A stretch of 64,000 nucleotides of DNA from Ktedonobacterales bacterium (GTDB lineage Bacteria; Chloroflexota; Ktedonobacteria; Ktedonobacterales; JADMIN01): NCBI GenBank assembly GCA_036378295.1, contig DASUWS010000016.1, positions 339-64,338 of the forward strand, written 5' to 3'. A program made the translations under genes and the position numbers. Positions within the stretch are counted from its first letter, which is position 1, and each line of letters opens with the position of its first letter. The notes beneath the pieces were generated by a model, which saw nothing but the letters and a program-made list of their open reading frames with translations, was not told the origin of the DNA and did no database searches. Below are positions 9,994 to 17,160 of this stretch, piece by piece.

Positions 9994-10410
9994 TGTTGGA
10001 CGGCCCTGTTCCGCTGCTGCGAAAGGAGAGGGTGACATCTCTCCCGGCTGAAACCGGGAGCTTCTCGGGGTCGTACCCCACGCCATGATGCCCCAGGGCG
10101 AGAGCAAAAGCTCACAGGCACTATAGCATCCTGGCATGGGAATGGCAAGGGGCCATTCATCCCCAACTTGAAAGCCGGGGCTTTCTGGCTGACTTCTGTA
10201 AGAAAACCATCGTTGTCTGAATGATGCTCTAGCCCAACTCCAACCGCTTGCCATGGCCTGTACAATAAGCATGCCAGATGGATACGGTGAGCACTGAAGC
10301 TGGGCTACGAGGGAACAGCAACTGGCAGGAATCGCAGCCGCCAGCAGATGATGCGTTGGCGTTTCCCGCTTGAAGCCGGGCGATGCGTACGGCACGTCCA
10401 TCGCGAGGGA
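9994..10410 (+). promoter_or_regulatory. Long hairpin-rich leader or candidate structured RNA upstream of membrane-protein gene 10419
   Basis: About 420 nt with no credible ORF. Hairpins at 10025-10044 / 10041-10060 (mutually exclusive), 10067-10079, 10138-10164, 10170-10185, 10322-10344, 10365-10380 and 10381-10403. The last one abuts the SD GAGGGAG at 10404-10410. Confidence 0.3.
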
Positions 10411-10418
10411 GACATGAA

Positions 10419-11342
10419 ATGACCAAAGAGCAGGCGTACTCCTCCTCATTGTCTTATTATCTTGATGTTGCCATTGCTCATGCGGAACAGCAACGCAGAG
10501 AGGGCACGCCAGCTACCCCGATGGTCGTGACATCATCTGTGAGCGGAACCGTACTGTACACCGTTTGGGCTGTCCTCAGCCGGAGTTTGCGCCGCAATGC
10601 CCCCACTCTGCTTGTTGCGTCCCTTCCTCTCCTTGCGTTAGTGCTCGGCACACTCCTGGACGCACTGGGTCAGTCCTCGCAGAGTCATCTTCCGGCCCTC
10701 GTGATGCTGCTGGGGCTCGCACTGTTTCTGCCGTGGCAAACCTGGCAGACCGTCCGCCAGGCGCGTGAGCTGCCACCCTATCGTCTGCGACGCCTCTTCC
10801 GGTGGCGCACCGTGTCTGGTCGATACGATAACTGGTATGACCTGCCCACGATGGGCGAGATGGTAGGGGCGTTTGTTGTCGGGCTCCTTGATGTTCCCGG
10901 AGTGCTCATCCAAGCCTTCCCTTCCGCCCCATCCTTCGCTGCCAATCTGCCGAGCTTCATCTTCCCAGTGCTCATCGCAATGCCTGTTCTAGCCATCGTG
11001 CTCATGGCAGTGGCGAGGGGGTTCCTTGCAGTCTACTTTGCCCCTAGCGCCGTAAAGGCTGTGGATGAGCAGGGCGAAGGCATGCTGCAATCTGTGCCAC
11101 TCGCATCCTTACCACTCGCATCCTTAGATGAGCGGATTACACGCTTGACCCAAATGCGGGAGTGGCTACAAGACGATACACTACGCACGATGGTGGATGA
11201 CGTCATCGGGCAGCAGGTAAGAGCCGCAGCACGCCGCCAGGTGGCCTATTCGTTTATAGTCGGGGTCATCTCGTTGGTAGCGGGCTGGCTGCTCTCAGCG
11301 ATAAGCCCGGTCGCGACTTTGGCCAACCTGTTGCACCGATAA
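10419..11342 (+). CDS. Hypothetical multi-pass membrane protein
   Basis: ATG 10419 lies 8 nt after GAGGGAG. Several hydrophobic helices; no recognisable family. Confidence 0.6.
   Translation: MTKEQAYSSSLSYYLDVAIAHAEQQRREGTPATPMVVTSSVSGTVLYTVWAVLSRSLRRNAPTLLVASLPLLALVLGTLLDALGQSSQSHLPALVMLLGLALFLPWQTWQTVRQARELPPYRLRRLFRWRTVSGRYDNWYDLPTMGEMVGAFVVGLLDVPGVLIQAFPSAPSFAANLPSFIFPVLIAMPVLAIVLMAVARGFLAVYFAPSAVKAVDEQGEGMLQSVPLASLPLASLDERITRLTQMREWLQDDTLRTMVDDVIGQQVRAAARRQVAYSFIVGVISLVAGWLLSAISPVATLANLLHR
11097..11126 (+). repeat. Perfect in-frame 15-bp tandem duplication (CCACTCGCATCCTTA x2)
   Basis: Read directly; encodes PLASL-PLASL inside CDS 10419..11342. Confidence 0.9.
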
Positions 11343-11730
11343 CACTGGGTCGCTGTGTTGGCCCTATCGCTATCGCTGGCATCGGTGGTGTCATGTCGCG
11401 CACGGGCAGGAATCAGAATCCCAATAGAGTGGCACCTGCGCCCGCACTACATCTCGCGCGGTGGATTGGCACATATAGCAAGCAGGAAGACGTGATAGTG
11501 CGCGGCCATCGCATCGTCTTGCTGCACCAGGGCTGACAGTAACCTCCCTTGCCTCGCAACACGCCGCGCGTCTACTTGCGGTAGCGCGCATTTGATGCGT
11601 ATTCTTGGTGTACTTATGGTCGAGTCCGTCACCGCATAGGATAGTACTTACACGTGCGGTGGTCATAGCAGGGATGGGTTAACTTCGGCGTTAGCGAGGG
11701 CGTTAGAAGGGCTTGTGTGAGATTGTGCGC

Positions 11731-11766
11731 GGTGAGTGCGGTGAGTGCGGTGAGTGCGGTGAGTCG
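11731..11766. repeat. 9-bp tandem repeat GGTGAGTGC, 3 perfect copies plus 1 degenerate
   Basis: GGTGAGTGC GGTGAGTGC GGTGAGTGC GGTGAGTCG, in the 718-nt intergenic region upstream of the histidine kinase. Confidence 0.9.
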
Positions 11767-12066
11767 GGCATCAGGCAGAGACCGTGCGTTCTGTTCAAGC
11801 CATAAGGTCTTCCTTGCTTCTCACCCTCCGTGCCTCCCAAGAAGCGAAGGCAACGATGTCTGCATCCTGCGTTGCCATCGTTTGGCATTTCCTGCCGCGC
11901 TGTTGTCTGGCATGTAGTCTGAGTCTGGTTTCTGCCATCTGCGAACGTGCTACATAGATGCTGCATACGGCGATGTATACGGGCTATATGAGCACAGCTT
12001 ACACCGGTACAATCAACGATAAATACTCGCGCACACACCCGTAGACCACTCGTACGAGGGGTGCCG

Positions 12067-13716
12067 ATGAAAGATACTTCCTTTCGGACAACTGGCCGTC
12101 ACGCCCGTGCTGCCCGTGTCGGCCGTGCTGCCCGTCACCTGCCGCCGCCACGTTCCCTCAGTATGTCGCTCGCTACTCCTGAACTCGCGTCTGCTATCCT
12201 GGATGCGGTGGCTGATGCCGTCGTCATCTATGACGCGGACGGAGGCATCGCGGGCGCCAACCCTGCTGCTATATCCTTGCTCGGACTGGCGCAACCCGGC
12301 CGCCAGGAAGCGCTTGCGGTGCCCATCGCCGATCGTGGGGGCGCAATCACCTTGTTGACGCTTGACGGCCAGCCGCTCCCCCAGGAGCATTGGCCCCCAA
12401 TACGCGTCCTGCGAGGTGAGATGTTCACTGGAGCACAGACCATGGATGTCGTCGCATACTCTGTGGATGGGCGAGAACTGGTCCTCAACGTGAGTGGCGC
12501 TCCGCTTGTCAACACTCATGGACATATCATAGGGGCAGTCTGCGTGCTGCGGGATATTACCGAGCGCAAGCACCTCGAGCGGGAATTGGCCGAGCGTGCG
12601 GCCGAGATGGAAAGCATCTTTGCGACGCAGGTTGTAGGCGTCGCCTTCGTTGACAGAACTGGCCGCATCGTCCGGATGAACGACGCCCAGCGCCAACTCC
12701 TCGCCTCACGGCACATCGATCCAGACAGCCCGGAGGCCGCCCGGATTGAGACATGGGCACAGCGGACATCGCCTCGTGACGCGCAGGGGCAGCCAGTGCC
12801 GCGTGAGCGTCTGCCATTCTACCGTGCGTTGCAGGGCGAGACGGTCACTGGGGAACATGCCGTCGAGTTATATCAGCACACACACGATGGGCAGGAATTG
12901 GTGTTGCGTGTGAGCGGGGCACCTGCCCGTGATGCCCAGGGCCGGATTCTCGGCGTCGTTCTGACGACCCACGACGTGACGTTGCAGCGCCGCCTGGAGC
13001 AGCAACGCCTCGCCATCATGCGTATGGTGACCCATGACCTGGCCAACCCGCTCACTGCCGTCAAAATGTATCTGCAGTTGCAGCAGAAGCGCATCGACCA
13101 TGACCAGGCTCCGGGTCCGGTGTCTCCAGCGCTCGTGGAATCCATGGCGTATTCGGTCATGCGGATGGAGCGATTACTTGATGATCTGCGTGTCGCCACA
13201 CAGATGGAGTTGGGGGCCCTTGAGTTGCAGCAGGCGCGGCATGATCTTGCGGCGATTTGTCGCGAGGAAGCGGCGGCCATGCAGGTGGTAGCGGGTCCCG
13301 AGCGCGTAGTACGTGTGGAGACGCCGCCACAGCCCGTATGGGCAGAGGTGGACAGGGAGCGCATTGGCCAGGTCATCGCCAATCTGCTCACCAATGCCCT
13401 CAAGTATTCTCTGCCAGACCAACCCGTGGTGGTCTCGCTCCAGGTTGCGGACGAGCATGCCCGCGTGGCGGTCTGTGATGCCGGGCCGGGTATTCCAGTT
13501 CAGAAGCAGGCGCGCCTCTTCGAACAATTCTCTCGTGTGGCGGGTAGTTCAGCGCAGGATGGCCGTGGCGGCCTGGGACTCGGCCTCGGGCTGGGTCTCT
13601 ATATCAGCAAGGGCATTGTCGCGCAGCATGGCGGTGGAATGGGCGTTGAGAGCCACCCTGACGCCGGGTCGACCTTCTGGTTCACCCTGCCCCTCGCCGT
13701 CCCCAACCACCCATAG
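12067..13716 (+). CDS. PAS-domain sensor histidine kinase (no adjacent response regulator)
   Basis: ATG 12067 after GAGGGG. Two PAS-like segments (each ending in a RDITERK / HDVTLQRR type junction), H-box MVTHDLANPLTAV, N-box NLLTNALKYS, G-boxes DAGPGI and GGLGLGLGLGL. Confidence 0.9.
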   Translation: MKDTSFRTTGRHARAARVGRAARHLPPPRSLSMSLATPELASAILDAVADAVVIYDADGGIAGANPAAISLLGLAQPGRQEALAVPIADRGGAITLLTLDGQPLPQEHWPPIRVLRGEMFTGAQTMDVVAYSVDGRELVLNVSGAPLVNTHGHIIGAVCVLRDITERKHLERELAERAAEMESIFATQVVGVAFVDRTGRIVRMNDAQRQLLASRHIDPDSPEAARIETWAQRTSPRDAQGQPVPRERLPFYRALQGETVTGEHAVELYQHTHDGQELVLRVSGAPARDAQGRILGVVLTTHDVTLQRRLEQQRLAIMRMVTHDLANPLTAVKMYLQLQQKRIDHDQAPGPVSPALVESMAYSVMRMERLLDDLRVATQMELGALELQQARHDLAAICREEAAAMQVVAGPERVVRVETPPQPVWAEVDRERIGQVIANLLTNALKYSLPDQPVVVSLQVADEHARVAVCDAGPGIPVQKQARLFEQFSRVAGSSAQDGRGGLGLGLGLGLYISKGIVAQHGGGMGVESHPDAGSTFWFTLPLAVPNHP

Positions 13717-13774
13717 GGCCACCGTCACTTAGCGCAGCTGTGCTCGCGAGCAGGAGTAGCCATGGCGGTATGTG

Positions 13775-14023
13775 TTAGGGCTTTCCCTTCCATTTGTCCG
13801 CACTTTGAGCCATAGCCCGCGTAACGATGGCCCGACTGCCCTTCGCGTCAGCCGTATCTACCGGCAGCAGTAGGATGCGCACCGTTACGCTGTACGACAC
13901 CGCATGCCGCCGCAAGAAACCGCGTGAACGTATGCCATCGAGCGTCACATCTGCATACGCAGGATCTTCCACATTACCTGGATGATGTCTGACACTCCAG
14001 TCGTATAGTCGGTACGCTGCCAT
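13775..14023 (-). CDS. Hypothetical 82-aa protein
   Basis: ATG 14023 lies 8 nt after GAGGGAG. No family recognised. Sits in a lower-GC stretch. Confidence 0.45.
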   Translation of the reverse strand: MAAYRLYDWSVRHHPGNVEDPAYADVTLDGIRSRGFLRRHAVSYSVTVRILLLPVDTADAKGSRAIVTRAMAQSADKWKGKP

Positions 14024-14126
14024 AGAGCACGCTCCCTCTCATCCTCGCATCGAATGCTACCTCTGTCTCTGACATCCTCCCGCACGCTCGACAGCATGGG
14101 ATTATCTTGAGTTTCGCTTCGGTAAC

Positions 14127-14149
14127 GAGATACGTTAGTGAGATACGTT
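14127..14149. promoter_or_regulatory. Direct repeat GAGATACGTT-N3-GAGATACGTT (candidate operator)
   Basis: Two perfect 10-mers with 13-bp periodicity in an AT-richer intergenic region (about 43 % GC in that 60-nt line). Confidence 0.3.
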
Positions 14150-14555
14150 GCCAACCTTGCAGATTTGTCACAATCGTTCTACTTGCCGTCACGATACGCT
14201 CACATTGACCGCATCCTCCGCATCCGTGCCCGCCCCTCCCGCTTGTCCAGCTTCTCTGACTTCACGGCGCGACAGGAGTCGCCCCACAGCCAGCAGCATT
14301 CCAAGCGAAAGTGGCATGGGGTGTTGATCGTGGAGTGAGGGTAGCGGACGCGTCGCGGACGTCTCGGCACAGACGAGGAACGAAGTAGGGCACGCCTGGA
14401 GACAGGGCGCTTGCGGTATCGATGAAGACTCCCGGTCGCCAGCCGTGACGGACTTGGGAGACGGGCGCGCCATCTCGTGATTGCCCTGTGTGGCTCGGCG
14501 GCCATGCTCAGGACAGCCCGATATCTCTCAATCATGAGGAAGGAAGCGAAAGGCT

Positions 14556-14900
14556 ATGATGTGGGGGTACTATACCAACAGCCCAGCCATGTGGGTCTGG
14601 ATGGTGCTACAGGGAGTGTTCTGGCTCGCGCTGGGAGCTCTTGCTGTCTGGGCGCTGGTGCGCTGGCTCAATCGGCCCTCGCGCTATCCCACCTCCACGC
14701 CATCCTCGGCCCCGCCGAATGCTCCGCAGCAGGCATCGTCCTCTGCCCTAGACATCCTGCAGCAACGCTATGCGCGCGGTGAGATTGACGCGGCGACATT
14801 CGAGGATATGCGAGCGCGTCTCCAGGCATCTGCGCCAACACCTGACCTGCCGCCGGCCCAACCGACTCAGACGCGCGAGCCAGTCAGCAGCGGGCACTAA
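14556..14900 (+). CDS. SHOCT-domain membrane protein
   Basis: N-terminal TM (VWMVLQGVFWLALGALAVWALV), a Pro/Ser linker, and a C-terminal ALDILQQRYARGEIDAATFEDMRARL that matches the SHOCT short oligomerisation motif. Confidence 0.7.
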   Translation: MMWGYYTNSPAMWVWMVLQGVFWLALGALAVWALVRWLNRPSRYPTSTPSSAPPNAPQQASSSALDILQQRYARGEIDAATFEDMRARLQASAPTPDLPPAQPTQTREPVSSGH

Positions 14901-15242
14901 GGGTGATCGGACATGGGGTACAAGAGGGTGAAGCAGCGAGTTTAGGAAGAAATCGATCTATTCCTGTTCGCCGCTCTGCTCTCGTAGTTGCGGGGTGTTC
15001 CTCGCATGCCACCTCACATAATATTGTCTGGCACGCTCTCGCTCTGCTGTGCTACAAGGCTGGCGAACGACTTGAGAGAGCCATTGAGACTGTCAGCGAG
15101 AGGTGGTATGGACGGGTATGAAGCTCTTTTGGCCTAAAGTCTCTCCCAGTCGATGATAGAGAGCAAGGCATGGGCAGAAGTAGTGGAGGATGCGAGGAGT
15201 GCTCCCTCCATTCCCGCTACGTGACTCCATGGCAGCCGATTC

Positions 15243-15488
15243 CTAGTGTTTCGGATGATGCTCCACTTCAACCGTGATGCGTGGCTGAAGCCCTGCCAGC
15301 GCCGGAAGCAGATGATTCAATACCTGCTCGGCAGTTGCGCGGAACTCGTTGCCACGCGTACTCACCTTCACCCAACATTTCCTGTCATCAGCACTTCGCT
15401 TGTCCCGGTAATACCGTTCAGTGCGCTCAGTCCCATCCGCAGCCGTGATGTGGAAAACAATCGTGTAGCTGTCGTTTGCCAAGTCCAT
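15243..15488 (-). CDS. Hypothetical 81-aa ORF overlapping the end of the GNAT fragment
   Basis: MDLANDSYTIVFHITAADGTERTERYYRDK... It is the 3' part of the artefactual 406-aa ORF. Third-position GC is lower than in neighbouring genes. No SD seen. Confidence 0.3.
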   Translation of the reverse strand: MDLANDSYTIVFHITAADGTERTERYYRDKRSADDRKCWVKVSTRGNEFRATAEQVLNHLLPALAGLQPRITVEVEHHPKH

Positions 15489-15771
15489 GTGCAGTCTCCC
15501 TACACTCGGCGCCCACCTGAGTATGCTTGCCGTTCTTGGTATCCCCGGCATACTCAGCATCCCCCACTTGCCCGACATCCTCAGCCACGAACCCAATCTC
15601 CCGGGCGCGACGGGCTGCGAGCACCTGCTGGCGCCGCCCAATAAACTCGCCCATGAACTGGTAGCTGAGCAATGTGTCGGGGAGCATTCCCGTATAGGTC
15701 GCGTGCCAGCACGCCAGGCGTACACGAGTAATCGCGGCAGCGTCCTCAGAACGCGCGGGGCGAATGCGCAA
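15427..15771 (-). pseudogene. GNAT acetyltransferase fragment (N-terminal half only)
   Basis: MRIRPARSEDAAAITRVRLACWHATYTGMLPD ... IGFVAEDVGQV matches the GNAT N-terminus through beta-4. The acetyl-CoA motif (Q/RxxGxG/A) is absent in all three frames downstream. Confidence 0.45.
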
Positions 15772-15988
15772 CGTTTCCCCCTCATAAGCTCCGGCCTATT
15801 GGCCCACGCGATGAACGCGCCTAACCAGGAGGTGTACCAGCGGCAGGATACCAACGAATGGTCTTTGGCGTACTCAAACTCGGTGAATGCATCTTGGCTC
15901 AGCACGGTACCATGTCCGTTGTCCAAACCGTGCGTACACAGGCTGGTTTCCAGCGAGGGGGCGGCGGGAACGCCACTGTGTAGTGGGT

Positions 15989-16063
15989 TGGTGACGCCGG
16001 TGGGATTCGAACCCACGACACGAGGCTTAAAAGGCCCCTGCTCTGCCACTGAGCTACGGCGCC
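15989..16063 (-). tRNA. tRNA-Lys (anticodon UUU), CCA encoded
   Basis: Hand-folded cloverleaf: acceptor GGCGCCG/CGGCGTC, D arm GCTC-AGTGGCA-GAGC, anticodon arm GGGGC-CTTTTAA-GCCTC, T arm GTGGG-TTCGAAT-CCCAC, discriminator A plus CCA. Length 75 nt. Confidence 0.95.
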
Positions 16064-16076
16064 ACGCACAACGTCT

Positions 16077-16085
16077 AGCATAGCA
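16077..16085 (-). promoter_or_regulatory. Extended -10-like element TGCTATGCT upstream of tRNA-Lys
   Basis: Reverse complement of AGCATAGCA, 14 nt upstream of the mature tRNA 5' end. Confidence 0.3.
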
Positions 16086-16224
16086 CGCTGCCCGCCTCAC
16101 CGCAAGGCCAGTGACGGGCCGGGTGTGTCGTCCAGACATCGCGGGCATGTCCGGTCGGGGATGTCCGTATCGGCGAACCGTGGCGCATTGCTGGTATTGG
16201 CGGTTCAGCCGCGACGACGTATCC

Positions 16225-17154
16225 TTAGAGCAGCCCATCCGCCCGGTCACGCTCGACGAATTCGCGCACCAACTCCTCGAACGACTGGCGCGGCTTGAAG
16301 CTCGTCCGCTTCGTGAACGCGCTGCTATCGAGCGCAGTGCGCGAGTGGAGCGGACGCCATTCCCCTGGCCCGGCCTCAATGCCAGGTCGCACGACGATAT
16401 TGGGGCGCGTGCCAGCATACTTGTGGTACGTTTCGATCCATGATTTCCACGTCTGGAAGTCATCCGCCAGCGTCAATGGTCCCGGTGCCTTTATCGCCAG
16501 TGTGTCGGCCACCGCCCGGCCAAAGTCCGCGCCACCGATGTACGATGCCCCGTAGGTTTCGAGCGCCTCTTCCGAGTCAAACACCGCTACATGGCCCTGT
16601 GCGCAGTGGCGAAACAATGACCCGATGAACTGGTTGTCATGACGGCGCGCATTCGTGCTGAAGATCAGCGCCGGGCGCAGGCTGATCGCCGGGCCACGTC
16701 CTTTCTTGCTTGCTACCGTAGCTTCCGCCAGCGCAATTTCACAGGCATACTTCCCCATATCGTACCAGCATGATGGAGCGATGGGAGATGCCTCATTCAG
16801 CGGACCTTGTGGCCGCCCGTGGATGGTTGTGGTGCTCAGATACACAAAGGGCCCCGCGCGCCAGTGATCAATCAGGCGACTAGTCCCATTGATATCAATA
16901 CGGGCGACCGTGCCGCGGTCGAGCGAGCGTGAGCTGCCCATGTGCACGATACCACCCGCCGCGCTGATTTCCTGCGCGAAACGCTCGACGTCGGCCAAAT
17001 CGCCGACGACAGTACGGCACCCCGGAAACTGCACCTCCCTGCGCACGAGCGCCGTTATCGGGATGCCGCGCCGCACCAGCTCGTCAACGACATAGCTGCC
17101 GATATAGCCTGTAGCGCCAGTAAGAAAGATACCTGGGTTCCCCATCATGTTCAC
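16225..17154 (-). CDS. NAD-dependent epimerase/dehydratase (extended SDR)
   Basis: Rossmann motif FLTGATGYIGSYVV, 309 aa. Lies 6 nt downstream of the radical SAM gene. Confidence 0.85.
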   Translation of the reverse strand: MNMMGNPGIFLTGATGYIGSYVVDELVRRGIPITALVRREVQFPGCRTVVGDLADVERFAQEISAAGGIVHMGSSRSLDRGTVARIDINGTSRLIDHWRAGPFVYLSTTTIHGRPQGPLNEASPIAPSCWYDMGKYACEIALAEATVASKKGRGPAISLRPALIFSTNARRHDNQFIGSLFRHCAQGHVAVFDSEEALETYGASYIGGADFGRAVADTLAIKAPGPLTLADDFQTWKSWIETYHKYAGTRPNIVVRPGIEAGPGEWRPLHSRTALDSSAFTKRTSFKPRQSFEELVREFVERDRADGLL

Positions 17155-17160
17155 TCCTGA

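Noticed and set aside
10166-10185. RNase P RNA CR-I-like sequence UUGAAAGCCGGGGCUUUC (compare GGAAAGUCCGGGCUCC).
   Set aside because: There are two mismatches in normally invariant positions. No CR-V (ACAGAACCCGGCUUA) lies in the right orientation about 300 nt downstream. CR-II, CR-III and CR-IV are not found. A local 6-bp hairpin explains the sequence.
10300-10350. SRP (4.5S) RNA-like string GGAAUCGCAGCCGCCAGCAGAUGAUGCG.
   Set aside because: It folds as a simple CUGGC/GCCAG hairpin with a 13-nt loop. It lacks the GGAA tetraloop and the symmetric and asymmetric loops of SRP domain IV.
11731-11766. Possible CRISPR array or other spaced-repeat array (also considered for 19239-19292 and 36915-36944).
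   Set aside because: The repeats are contiguous 9-15-bp units with no spacers. There are no cas genes in the window. They are simple tandem repeats.
15243-16463. 406-aa minus-strand ORF.
   Set aside because: It runs straight through tRNA-Lys (15989..16063), overlaps the SDR gene end and overlaps the GNAT frame. It is a high-GC open-frame artefact, and only its last 81 codons are even considered.
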